Below, in pieces: positions 1 to 9,563 of a stretch of DNA of 64,000 bases; position 1 is the first letter of the stretch, and every line of letters starts with the position of its first letter. The position numbers and the translations under genes are program-made. Source of the DNA: an uncultured Desulfobacter sp. (GTDB lineage Bacteria > Desulfobacterota > Desulfobacteria > Desulfobacterales > Desulfobacteraceae); NCBI GenBank assembly GCA_963665095.1, contig OY762069.1:3040001-3104000 (forward strand). The letters run 5' to 3'. The notes under the pieces were generated by a model. The model did no database searches. It was not told the DNA's origin and saw only the letters and a program-made list of their open reading frames with translations.

Positions 1-609
1 AAACATATAAGTCACAGCCCGGCATTTCATCTGAATAACATTTCTGGCTGTACTGTCTTTTTCAGGTTTAACCCGGTCCATAGAAATTGAGGGAATGGTA
101 ACAATACGATTCAATCCGGCAACCTGGTAAAAGAAATCCGCCATCTGATGATACCCGCCCCGAACTGTCATGGATAATGGAATTTCTTTATAAAACTGGG
201 AGTCCACAGTATTTTCCGGCTGAAACAGCTGCACCTCGAGGCCGGCACTCTTTCCGGCTTTGGATATCTCATCGAGCAGGGAAGGCAGCTCCCGTTTATC
301 AGGAAGGGCTGTCATGGCAATATTAAACTGCTCCTGAACTTCAGCCATCCGGGCTTCTTCCTTTGGTAACGTCAGCGCTTTGCTCTTATATGTGGCTAAG
401 GTCCGCCTCTCATTATTCAGGGTCTCTTCTGAACTTTTAAGGGTGTTAAATTGTGGCCCAATCAATAAAAAATAAAACCCCACGCCAATTAAAACAAAGG
501 TTCCTACACAGATAAGCAGACGCTGGACTTTAGTCAGTTCCCCGATTTTTTGAAACAGTGCATCTGTTTTTTCACTGAACGTCCCGCGGCTCTCTTTTTT
601 CTTAGCCAT
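1..609 (-). CDS. pilO: Type IV pilus assembly protein PilO (3' end runs off the window)
   Basis: Hand translation from ATG at 609 is open to position 1: MAKKKESRG...LLICVGTFVLIGVGFYFLLIGP (TM)...ALPDKRELPSLLDEISKAG...FYKEIPLSMTVRGGYHQMADFFYQVAGLNRIV. Follows pilM-pilN. Confidence 0.9.
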   Translation of the reverse strand, partial: MAKKKESRGTFSEKTDALFQKIGELTKVQRLLICVGTFVLIGVGFYFLLIGPQFNTLKSSEETLNNERRTLATYKSKALTLPKEEARMAEVQEQFNIAMTALPDKRELPSLLDEISKAGKSAGLEVQLFQPENTVDSQFYKEIPLSMTVRGGYHQMADFFYQVAGLNRIVTIPSISMDRVKPEKDSTARNVIQMKCRAVTYMF

Positions 610-630
610 TATTTTCCCCCTTCCGGGTGG

Positions 631-1212
631 TTATCCTTTATTCCCTGTCGCGTCTGCGTCAGGAGCAGGCAATTTTTTAACACAGGATATCACAAATTCC
701 TTCAGCCGGATGGTATCATCAAACTTCTTTGTTTGTGACAATATCAGATCCACAGAACCAAACATGCCGGTATTTTCAAGCTTTCTCATAAACGCTGCAA
801 TGGTTGGGTTATCAAACGCAATGCCTTTCAGGGATACCGTCTGTGGATCTGCAGATACACTGGTCAGCCACATTCTTGTTTCCACAACCCTGTCTGACAG
901 CGCCTCCAAAAGCAGCAGTTGTTCTTTTTTCTTTGATTTCAGTCTTTCAACATCTTTCAGCTTGGCGTCCAGGATCTTCAAATTTTTCCGGATCTGGGAG
1001 ACGCGGTCAGCCTGTTTTTTATATTTAAGGCTTTCGCTTCTCACCGAGGCAATGGCTCCCTGAACCAGGTTAATTTTATTATTCATGGTAATGGAAAGCC
1101 ATACCAGTAACACGACAATGAAGACAATGGAAAGAAAGAATACCGACACCTGCCTGCGGATATTCTCCTTTTTCCTGGCCAGCCTGAACGGCAACAGGTT
1201 AATTCGTATCAT
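631..1212 (-). CDS. pilN: Type IV pilus assembly protein PilN
   Basis: N-terminal MIRINLLP motif, TM helix, coiled coil, WLTSV..LKGIA; between pilM and pilO. Confidence 0.92.
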   Translation of the reverse strand: MIRINLLPFRLARKKENIRRQVSVFFLSIVFIVVLLVWLSITMNNKINLVQGAIASVRSESLKYKKQADRVSQIRKNLKILDAKLKDVERLKSKKKEQLLLLEALSDRVVETRMWLTSVSADPQTVSLKGIAFDNPTIAAFMRKLENTGMFGSVDLILSQTKKFDDTIRLKEFVISCVKKLPAPDADATGNKG

Positions 1213-2258
1213 TTGTCATCCACCCGTCTCATGGCAAGCCCCAGTGCAATAGGGGCCAGAAGCTGATACGCTTCCAGTTCGCCAATTTTTGAATTGCTGA
1301 CCAGCCCGGCAAAGGGGTTAATCCGTGATACCGGCACTTCCAGCTCCTTGGCCATATGCTCAACAAGGGCATCTATAAAACCGCCCCCGCCACTTATAAC
1401 TATCTGCTCAACCTTAAGATCATTGGTACCGGATTCAAAAGTATGGACGACTTCACAGATATCTGAGGACCAGTTACTGACAATGATGTCATAAATATCC
1501 GGCAGGCTGTAAGGCGATTCCGGGGGCTCGGCCTGCCCCAGGATAATCTGATGCGCTACCTCCTGGTCTACTTCAAACCGTTCACTGACAGCAGCCACCA
1601 GCTGGCTGCCCCCCCCGGTCATATCCCGCATCATCATGGAACTATTGTTCTGAAGGATATTCAACGAAATTTTAGACGCCCCGGCATCTATCAGCAGGGT
1701 CACCTTCTCATGGTCAAGGTCGGGAAGAGCTTCATAAACATTCTGCAGGGCAAATGCATCGACATCAATGATAACCGGATTTAATCCAGCCATCTGGATC
1801 AGCTCAATATATTCGGCCACAAGATCTTTTCTCACCGCCACAAGAAGCACATTCATCTGCTCAGCTGAATACTCGCTCTCCCCTAAAATCTGATAATCAA
1901 TGTTGACATCATCTATATCGTAAGGAATGTACTGCTCAGCTTCTGCTCTGATATTTTTATGCAGCTCCTCTTCTGACACTTTGGGCGTACTGATGGTCTT
2001 GATCACCACGGACTGTCCGCCCGTTGACACAGCCACGTTCTTTTCTTTAATTTTCTGGGATTTAAACAAGGAACGAATAATTTCAGCCAACCCCTCCATA
2101 TCAGCAATCCGGCCCTCGCTAATCGCGCCTTCCGGAACTGGAAGGATGCCAAACCTGTGAAGGGAGTTTCCTTTTTTAGAGGTCTTGATTTCAGCCGCTT
2201 TCACGAAAGCGGAGCCAATATCTAGACCAACAAGATGATCTTTTTTTCCGAATACCAT
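1209..2258 (-). CDS. pilM: Type IV pilus assembly protein PilM (FtsA/actin-like)
   Basis: VGLDIGS...EAEQYIPYDIDDVNIDYQ...ISGGG...IALGLAMR. Start at 2258 or 2264. Confidence 0.95.
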   Translation of the reverse strand: MVFGKKDHLVGLDIGSAFVKAAEIKTSKKGNSLHRFGILPVPEGAISEGRIADMEGLAEIIRSLFKSQKIKEKNVAVSTGGQSVVIKTISTPKVSEEELHKNIRAEAEQYIPYDIDDVNIDYQILGESEYSAEQMNVLLVAVRKDLVAEYIELIQMAGLNPVIIDVDAFALQNVYEALPDLDHEKVTLLIDAGASKISLNILQNNSSMMMRDMTGGGSQLVAAVSERFEVDQEVAHQIILGQAEPPESPYSLPDIYDIIVSNWSSDICEVVHTFESGTNDLKVEQIVISGGGGFIDALVEHMAKELEVPVSRINPFAGLVSNSKIGELEAYQLLAPIALGLAMRRVDDK

Positions 2259-2482
2259 ACGCATCTATCCTTCATGGTGGCTATCGCAAAGGCGCTGAAT
2301 AGAAAATGCAATTTATATTTTTTGTTGATATCCTGCATTAATATGACTATATAATTGATACGAAATGCACGTAAAGTCAAGTAGAATCCGACTTTTAATG
2401 AGTTGAATAGCAAAAAAAAAAAGTATTTGTCAAACAAAAAACAACAAAAGTATGAATATTATTTCATAAAAATATAGAAATT

Positions 2483-3934
2483 GTGAAAAACAATCCACAA
2501 AAAAATACCGCTCCCACAGGTGGCCGCCCTTTTGTCCTAGTTAAAGCCTTTACCGTTTCAAGCCTTATTGTCATGCTTTCGGCCACCATAGTTATCGCCG
2601 CACTCAATGCCCACTGGGTAAGGAAAATTCTGCTTGAGAAAAGTAAAGAGTATAACCGGCTACTTGTAGAAAATCTTAACCATCAGATATTTTTAAGATT
2701 TGTCTGGCCGGTTGTTGTGAAGCATGGAGAAATAAAGCTGCGGGAACCCAATCAGTATCAGCTTCTTGATACGGTAGTCAAAAGCACCCTGCACAGCTTC
2801 CATGTTGAAATGGTCAATATATACGGCACAGACAATATCATCGGGTACAGCCTGAAACAATCCAATATCGGGAAAAAAAATGCCGGCGGCGTGCATTATG
2901 AAAAGGCCATGAACAAGGAAGTCACCTCCAAACTGGTGCAGACGGGAAGTTTTCTTGAACTGATGTTCTGGTTTCCCAAGGAGACAAAGATAGTCACCTT
3001 TGCACCTCTGATGCAGGAGGTGCAGCTCACCCGGGACAAAGACAGGATGGTTATCGGCGCCATTGAAATTGTCAGGGATGTATCTGACGACTACCAGCAG
3101 GTGTTTAAACTGCAGGGACTGGTTGTCGCCTCCTGCGCCACCATTATGGGGATGCTTTTTCTCATTTTACGTTTTGTGGTAAAACATGGTGAAAATATCA
3201 TTGAACGCCGGGCTGAGGAGCGGCTTAAACTTGAGGAAAAACTGCGACGGGCAGAACACCTGTCTGCCATAGGAGAAATGACGGCCGGTGTATCCCATGA
3301 AATTCGCAATCCATTAGGAATTATCAAGAGCTCTGCCCAGTTAATGAAAAAGAAAATGGCCAAACTGAATCTGCCTGCCAATATACCGGATATTATTGTG
3401 GAGGAGTCCAGTCGGCTTGACCGCATCATTACCGATTTTCTTGATTTTGCAAAGCCTAAAATCGCAGATTTAAGGCCCTGCAGACTGGAAGATATTCTAG
3501 AAAAAAATCTGGCGTATCTCTCCTCCACAGATGAGCAGAAAAATGTGACGATCATACGGGAATACCAGCCGGACCTGCCCTATATCATGGGTGATCCGGC
3601 CATGCTTTATCAGGCATTTCTTAATATTTTCCTAAACTCTTTCCAGGCCATGGGAAATGAAGAAGGCACTCTGACCATCACCACCTGGTATGAACCAGAT
3701 CTGGTATGTATCGATTTTGCAGATACCGGTCCTGGCATTGATGAAGATATTCAAAAAAAAATATGGACACCGTTTTTCACTACCAAGGAAACAGGTACTG
3801 GCCTGGGTCTTGGCATTATTAAAAATATTATCCAGGCCCATCATGGCGAAATAAGCATATCCAATGCCGAGCCTTCAGGCGCCGTAATAGAGGTCTGCCT
3901 GCCGTCCCAGCAAACCAAGACCCAGGAGCAGTAA
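2483..3934 (+). CDS. Membrane sensor histidine kinase (NtrB/PilS-like)
   Basis: Two TM segments, H-box GVSHEIRNPLG, N box NIFLNS, DTGPGI, FFTTK, GTGLGL. Confidence 0.93.
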   Translation: MKNNPQKNTAPTGGRPFVLVKAFTVSSLIVMLSATIVIAALNAHWVRKILLEKSKEYNRLLVENLNHQIFLRFVWPVVVKHGEIKLREPNQYQLLDTVVKSTLHSFHVEMVNIYGTDNIIGYSLKQSNIGKKNAGGVHYEKAMNKEVTSKLVQTGSFLELMFWFPKETKIVTFAPLMQEVQLTRDKDRMVIGAIEIVRDVSDDYQQVFKLQGLVVASCATIMGMLFLILRFVVKHGENIIERRAEERLKLEEKLRRAEHLSAIGEMTAGVSHEIRNPLGIIKSSAQLMKKKMAKLNLPANIPDIIVEESSRLDRIITDFLDFAKPKIADLRPCRLEDILEKNLAYLSSTDEQKNVTIIREYQPDLPYIMGDPAMLYQAFLNIFLNSFQAMGNEEGTLTITTWYEPDLVCIDFADTGPGIDEDIQKKIWTPFFTTKETGTGLGLGIIKNIIQAHHGEISISNAEPSGAVIEVCLPSQQTKTQEQ

Positions 3935-5325
3935 TGGAAAGCATATTAATTGTTGACGACGAAAAACACTATCCAATGATCATAGGAGAGGTACTGGCCG
4001 AAGAGGGCTACACAACCTTCACTGCCTCAAGCGGTATGGAAGCATTGGATATCCTTAATACCCAGATCATCGACCTTGTTCTGTCAGATGTAAAAATGCC
4101 GGGAATGTCAGGTATTGACCTTATGGAGAAAGCCAAAGAGATTAAGCCGGATCTGCCGGTAATCATTATGACCGCTTTCGGCAGCGTGGAAAAGGCTGTT
4201 GAAGCCATGCACAAAGGCGCCTATACCTTTATTTTAAAACCATTTGAAAATGAAGCACTCATTGCCCATATCGCCAAAGCCCTGTCCATATATAAAATTG
4301 TCCGGGAAAACGCCCGGCTCAAGGATGCCATCCGCACACGGTATCAGTTTGATAATATTATAGGTAAAAGCAAACCCATGCAGGAGCTGTATGAGATAAT
4401 TAAAAAGGTGGCGCCCACCAGCGCCACCGTGCTGATCGAAGGAGAGAGCGGCACCGGAAAAGAGCTTGTGGCCAAATCAATTCATTACAACAGCCTAAGA
4501 AAAAACCAGTCCCTGGTAGCGGTGAACTGTTCTGCCTTTGCGGAATCTTTACTGGAAAGTGAGCTCTTCGGCCATGAAAAAGGCGCCTTCACAGGGGCTG
4601 TCGGTTTAAAAAAAGGCCGGTTTGAATTGGCCGACAAGGGGACAATATTCCTGGATGAAATTGGCGAACTGCCAATGCCGCTTCAGGTAAAACTTTTAAG
4701 GGTACTTCAGGAACGCACCGTGGAACGGGTGGGTGGCACCCTGAGCCTGCCTGTAGATTTTCGACTCATTGCCGCAACCAACAAAATTTTGGAAGATGAG
4801 GTAAAAAAAGGTAATTTCAGAGAAGATCTCTACTACCGGCTCAATGTTGTCAAGGCCGCGCTCCCCCCCTTGCGGGAGCGTCAGGAAGACATTCCTTTAC
4901 TCATAAACCATTTCATTGAAAAATATACCAAAGGGCCTGAACCCGCCGGGAAAATCACCGGTATTGAAAAAACAGCGATCCAACGCCTGTGCGACTATGA
5001 GTGGAGAGGAAATGTCAGAGAATTGGAGAATGTAATTGAACGGGCAGTCATACTGGCCCCCGGAAATCGAATCAATGTATCAGATCTGCCGGCCCAGGTT
5101 CGCAATCCCAAACCTGGCACGCTTCAGCTTGAAGGTATCCCGGAAGGGGTGGGCCTTACAGAAACACTGGCAGCTGTAGAAAAAAGGATGATTCAGCGGG
5201 CAATGAAGATGTCCGGCAATATCCAGACAAAAGCGGCCGAAATTCTTGGTATCGGGAAAAGCGGTTTGAATCAAAAATTAAAAAAATTCAACCTGGACAA
5301 GGAGTTAAAACTGGACAACAAATAA
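3934..5325 (+). CDS. Sigma54-dependent response regulator (NtrC/PilR-like)
   Basis: Receiver (VDDE, DVKMP), [23 protein letters not shown]-terminal HTH; overlaps the kinase stop. Confidence 0.95.
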   Translation: MESILIVDDEKHYPMIIGEVLAEEGYTTFTASSGMEALDILNTQIIDLVLSDVKMPGMSGIDLMEKAKEIKPDLPVIIMTAFGSVEKAVEAMHKGAYTFILKPFENEALIAHIAKALSIYKIVRENARLKDAIRTRYQFDNIIGKSKPMQELYEIIKKVAPTSATVLIEGESGTGKELVAKSIHYNSLRKNQSLVAVNCSAFAESLLESELFGHEKGAFTGAVGLKKGRFELADKGTIFLDEIGELPMPLQVKLLRVLQERTVERVGGTLSLPVDFRLIAATNKILEDEVKKGNFREDLYYRLNVVKAALPPLRERQEDIPLLINHFIEKYTKGPEPAGKITGIEKTAIQRLCDYEWRGNVRELENVIERAVILAPGNRINVSDLPAQVRNPKPGTLQLEGIPEGVGLTETLAAVEKRMIQRAMKMSGNIQTKAAEILGIGKSGLNQKLKKFNLDKELKLDNK

Positions 5326-5413
5326 TTAAAAAATCCGGTTTAAATTTTTGAACTCCCGTGAAACATGCATATTTAAAGATACGGTATCTATTTTTTCATA
5401 AAACTGGGAATTA

Positions 5414-5435
5414 AAAGTTCATTTTTTTGAACTTT
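5414..5435. promoter_or_regulatory. Palindrome AAAGTTCA-N6-TGAACTTT, putative activator binding site; second related site GTTTA-N6-TGAAC at 5338-5353
   Basis: Perfect 8-bp inverted repeat about 105-125 bp upstream of a sigma54-like promoter. Confidence 0.5.
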
Positions 5436-5539
5436 GAACTGTTTGTTTTCATATTCTTAATCACTGACCTGACAGTAAACTTTCATTTTTTCCTTTAATT
5501 TAAAGGATGTTAAAATAAAATTAATTTTTTACAGTCAGG

Positions 5540-5555
5540 TAGCACGGAAATTGCT
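5540..5555 (+). promoter_or_regulatory. Sigma54-like -24/-12 promoter (imperfect)
   Basis: TAGCACGGAAATTGCT versus consensus TGGCACGNNNNTTGCW; one mismatch, at the conserved -24 GG. Confidence 0.45.
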
Positions 5556-5565
5556 TTTAAATATT

Positions 5566-5643
5566 TCCACTAACCACGGTTAGTTTTTTCATCTTTTTTT
5601 CCTTTTCTAAAAAAGGCTGCCCGGTCCAGGCAGCCTTTTTTAG
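5566..5643 (+). ncRNA. Candidate ~80 nt small RNA
   Basis: No ORF between the promoter and the terminator; hairpin ACTAACC-AC-GGTTAGT, then a CU-rich stretch, then the terminator. Confidence 0.3.
5607..5643. terminator. Bidirectional intrinsic terminator
   Basis: CTAAAAAAGGCTGCC-CGGTCCA-GGCAGCCTTTTTTAG between convergent genes. Confidence 0.85.
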
Positions 5644-5690
5644 TTTGATGTTTAGACGATCAGGTCAGGAAAAAGGCCGGGAATGGCCCG

Positions 5691-6392
5691 TTACTGATCA
5701 GAAATTTTAGCCTGAGCAATGGCCTTATACATGGAACTATCCTGACTCAAAGCAATTTCTTCATACATATTTCGGCTTGCTTCCATGTCATTAAGTTTTT
5801 CATAAATCTGAGCCAGAGCAAACCGCGCACTGTCCTTTAACAGGGCAGAGTCACTTTTTTCCACACGAAGATAATAGGATTTTGCCTGCTCCAGGTCATT
5901 TTTCAACTCACTGATGGTTCCCAGGGAACAAAGAATAAAATTTTCCATCTCAGCCTTTTTCCCAACAGAGGACAAAGCTTTAGAGTACATTGAGAATGCT
6001 TTGTCATACGCCTCGGCATCAAAACAAATTTTGCCAAATGTAACCAGGGCCATGCGTCCCGCACTGGTGTTGGCATATTCATCAAACACTGTCTGAAAAT
6101 CATCTTTTACAGCCTCAAATCCTTTTTTGGCATCCCTGTCTTTGGCATACTGGGTTTCATATTTTGAATACGCGGCCGCCACAAGTTCAGAGGCGTTGAT
6201 CTCCGACTGTTTGAAACTGAACATGATGGCAGAAAATATGATTACCACACCGGCCACAGCGCCAATGCCGATGCACAATGGCTTTTTATGGGCCGATGCC
6301 CAGGACAGGATTTTGGCCATGTAAATCTGAAAAGAATCCATCTGCGCCAGCTCTTTTTTACGCTCATTTGATACGCCCTGATTAGTTGCCAT
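5691..6392 (-). CDS. YfgM-like membrane-anchored TPR protein
   Basis: N-terminal TM followed by TPR-like helical repeats. Confidence 0.7.
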   Translation of the reverse strand: MATNQGVSNERKKELAQMDSFQIYMAKILSWASAHKKPLCIGIGAVAGVVIIFSAIMFSFKQSEINASELVAAAYSKYETQYAKDRDAKKGFEAVKDDFQTVFDEYANTSAGRMALVTFGKICFDAEAYDKAFSMYSKALSSVGKKAEMENFILCSLGTISELKNDLEQAKSYYLRVEKSDSALLKDSARFALAQIYEKLNDMEASRNMYEEIALSQDSSMYKAIAQAKISDQ

Positions 6393-6535
6393 GTAAATTC
6401 ACCTTATGTATTTTGTTAATATGATCTTCAAATATAAAACAAAGGAAACAGGGTTCGGTCAAAACCCTGTGAGCCCTGTCCGTACACCTTACTATACGAA
6501 ATCTGCCTTAAAAACAGCCTGAACACATTGGTTGG

Positions 6536-6991
6536 CTACCATACCAGACGTTTAAAAATCCAGCCTTTTTCACCATCCGCATGTTCAATGTGAATCCAGT
6601 CCCCTTTTCGGTCCAGTACCCTGAAAGGCACCCCTCGCTCTACCTGTAATATAATTTTGCTTGTTTTATCAGGTTCTTTTCGGACATTGCATTTTGATTT
6701 TGTGGAGATAACCGTATTTATATTCCCTAAAAGCGACTTATGAATCCAGGCCGTATCTCCTTCAAAGTCCTTTACCTCACACCAGTCTTTATTTTTATTA
6801 ATCACAAGGAACGGATGGAATTTTTCCACCTGCCACAACACCTTATATTTGGTTCCGGCTCCGTTTCTCAGATTTGCAATGGACGCTTTTACCGCCAGGC
6901 GTTCAGAGGCATTAGCCGCAAAGGATCCAATGAGCAGACAAAGAAGAGCTCCTATAATTACAGATGGTTTTACCCTTTTGATGCATACCAT
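6536..6991 (-). CDS. Exported tandem bacterial SH3 domain protein
   Basis: Signal peptide; ANLRNGAG..W.EV.D..G..AWIH and NVRKEP..W..I..G.KGWI repeats. Confidence 0.85.
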   Translation of the reverse strand: MVCIKRVKPSVIIGALLCLLIGSFAANASERLAVKASIANLRNGAGTKYKVLWQVEKFHPFLVINKNKDWCEVKDFEGDTAWIHKSLLGNINTVISTKSKCNVRKEPDKTSKIILQVERGVPFRVLDRKGDWIHIEHADGEKGWIFKRLVW

Positions 6992-7199
6992 ATCTATCTC
7001 CAGCCCCGTTCTGTTTCAATCACACCGTACCCGTATATCAAAAAAAGCCCCTCCCATGCAAGGAATTGAGGCAAGCCATATTCCTACCTGCCAAATTTCC
7101 GGCAATTATCTGCATAAGATATTGATTTACAATGAATATGATTTTCCCACCAACGGACAAATAATAGATACAATGGTTATTTACTGATGACATCCGGCC

Positions 7200-8171
7200 T
7201 CACCGTGTAAAATTCTCCACAAAAACTCTGGCTGCATCCTTTTTGGAAAGGGTTACACGATGCCCCCGCACCATAACCTCCATATAGTCCAGAGAGGTAT
7301 GATCCTGTAAAACCTGAACCATAACACCCTGGCTGAAACCCATCCTGTTTAACCGGCGCCGGGGGAAATGTCCTCCGTGAATCCGGGCAATGCTGCCCTG
7401 TTTTCCCTGGCCCAACCAGCTGAGAGGAACGGCTTCATTGGAAAAAGGTAGTTCATCTTTCCAGGACAGGTGGCCTGAATCATCGTCTCCACATTTTTCC
7501 GGCCGGACCCAGATTTTTCCGGCCATGCCTGCGCACAGGACAAGCCTGGTAAGATCAGCGGCAACAACAACCTGGCCTCCAATGCTGCCGGAAATAATTT
7601 CAACGAGACTGCCCGTCCGAAGCCCCATGGACGCGAACCGCATCTGCATTTTCCTGCCGCCGCCCACCTGGACGATCTCCACCTTCTCGCCAATCCTGGC
7701 CTTGTGCAAAGGAATCAGATTATCCCGTTTATCCATACAAGCTTTGCACAGCCCGTAAATCTCCATCTTATGCTGGAGCATAAAGAATCCGTATTCTGCC
7801 GTAAGCTTTTCCTGAAGGCTTTCCAAGGCCTTATCGTTGAATTCAATAATGTCTCCGCATTTGGTGCAGATCATATGGTCATGATGTATCCCAAGGTGAC
7901 GGTGTTCATAAAGGGGCGTATCATCCTGGCCAAACACCACCTGACTGGCAAAGCCGAACCGGCACAGCAGCTCCATACACTCCAGCAGAAATTCATTATC
8001 CACAACAAGGCCATCCTGCCGGACCTGCTCAGCGATCTGTGCCAGACTGACATGGCGTTCCAGTTTTAGAAAAGAGGCCAGGACCTGAAATCTTTCTTCA
8101 AAACGATCAATCCCCTGCTGCCCGAAAAGCCGGTGGAACTGCTCTTTTTCCTGCTGATGCCGCTCCAGCAT
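7200..8171 (-). CDS. Fur-family regulator fused to two FeoA-like domains
   Basis: HHDHMICTKCG...LYG-type CKAC Fur zinc site; FeoA motifs RFASMGLRTGSLVEI and RLNRMGFSQGVMVQV. Confidence 0.8.
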   Translation of the reverse strand: MLERHQQEKEQFHRLFGQQGIDRFEERFQVLASFLKLERHVSLAQIAEQVRQDGLVVDNEFLLECMELLCRFGFASQVVFGQDDTPLYEHRHLGIHHDHMICTKCGDIIEFNDKALESLQEKLTAEYGFFMLQHKMEIYGLCKACMDKRDNLIPLHKARIGEKVEIVQVGGGRKMQMRFASMGLRTGSLVEIISGSIGGQVVVAADLTRLVLCAGMAGKIWVRPEKCGDDDSGHLSWKDELPFSNEAVPLSWLGQGKQGSIARIHGGHFPRRRLNRMGFSQGVMVQVLQDHTSLDYMEVMVRGHRVTLSKKDAARVFVENFTR

Positions 8172-8420
8172 ACTTTAAACTCCTCCTTTAAAAAGAGCAT
8201 AAAAATAGTATATGCCCCTGACTTTGTCAATCATGCCGATCAAACCCTATGCCGTCATGAAAATACGATTTGCCATAGATAGTAACATAGCACTAAAAGG
8301 CCTGCCTGTACTCCAGGAACGACAGAATCATTTGACAGGGGCGACAGGATTCTTTTAAGATAAAAATACGCTTCTTTTAAAAATCCAGATGAATCCGACA
8401 TAACGCAAGGAGGCTTTGCC

Positions 8421-9563
8421 ATGGGAACTGACAACCTGATTTTCCTTGAACTGCTGGAGTGGTTTGACGAAACCGGAGAAGAACTGGTCCACCGTCTGCC
8501 GGAAAAAGGGTCCGGTGAAATCAAATTTGGGGCACAGCTCATTGTCCGGGAAAGCCAGGCAGCTGTATTTTTTTATAAAGGGAAAGCAGTGGGCGCATTT
8601 GGCCCTGGACGGCACACCCTGAAAACTGGCAACATTCCTATCCTGACAAAAATTGCAAGCCTGCCCTGGGCCATGGAAAGTCCCCTAAAAGCCGAGGTCT
8701 ATTTTGCCAACTTAAAAACCTTTACCAATATGAAATGGGGTACCAGAGATCCTGTGGCATTCAAGGATAAGGAACTTGGCTTGGTGCGACTGCGGGCTTT
8801 TGGAATCTTTAACATTAAAATTGTTCAACCGGTGCTGCTCATCAACACCCTGGCCGGCACCCAGGGGATTTACACCAGTTCCGAAATAAGCGATTATCTG
8901 AACCAGGTGGTGGTGTCCCGGTTTAATGACTACATCGGAGAAAAGATATCCACGATTCTGGACCTGCCCCAGCAGTATGACGAACTTGGCAAGGGCCTGA
9001 CCCAACGGCTTCAGAAGGATTTCTCCCGGTTCGGCCTGGCGTTAACCCATTTATACATCAACGCCATTACCCCGCCCCCGGAAGTTCAGCAGGCTATTGA
9101 TGATAAAAGCCGGTTGAGCCTGTTTGACGACATGAACAAGCTCATGCAGATGAAAACCGCCATGGCCATGGAAAAAATCGCGGAAAACCCCAACGGCATG
9201 GCGCCGGACGGCGCCCAGGCCGGCATGGGCTTAGGCCTTGGCATGATGCTGCCGGGTATTTTTGCCCAGCAGATGCAACCCGCTTCGGCACAGCCCGCTG
9301 CCCAGCCCGCTCTGGAAGCCACCTGTCCGGAATGCCACAGCCCCATCCCCCGGGATGCCAAGTTCTGCCCCCAGTGCGGCCACCAGCAGGTGATTTTTGC
9401 CCAATGCCAGAGCTGCGGCAAAAACATCACACCCGGGACAAAATTCTGCCCAAGATGCGGCAAACCGGTCCAGGACCATACATCACCAAAGATATGCAGT
9501 AACTGTGGGGCCCAGGGCCTGTCGGATGCCATGTTCTGCAACCAGTGCGGAGAAAAATATTAG
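8421..9563 (+). CDS. SPFH-domain protein with C-terminal zinc ribbons (YdjI-like)
   Basis: LIVRESQAAVF..G..FGPGRHTLKT.NIP, KWGT.DP; three CxxC..FCxxCG ribbons. Confidence 0.85.
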   Translation: MGTDNLIFLELLEWFDETGEELVHRLPEKGSGEIKFGAQLIVRESQAAVFFYKGKAVGAFGPGRHTLKTGNIPILTKIASLPWAMESPLKAEVYFANLKTFTNMKWGTRDPVAFKDKELGLVRLRAFGIFNIKIVQPVLLINTLAGTQGIYTSSEISDYLNQVVVSRFNDYIGEKISTILDLPQQYDELGKGLTQRLQKDFSRFGLALTHLYINAITPPPEVQQAIDDKSRLSLFDDMNKLMQMKTAMAMEKIAENPNGMAPDGAQAGMGLGLGMMLPGIFAQQMQPASAQPAAQPALEATCPECHSPIPRDAKFCPQCGHQQVIFAQCQSCGKNITPGTKFCPRCGKPVQDHTSPKICSNCGAQGLSDAMFCNQCGEKY

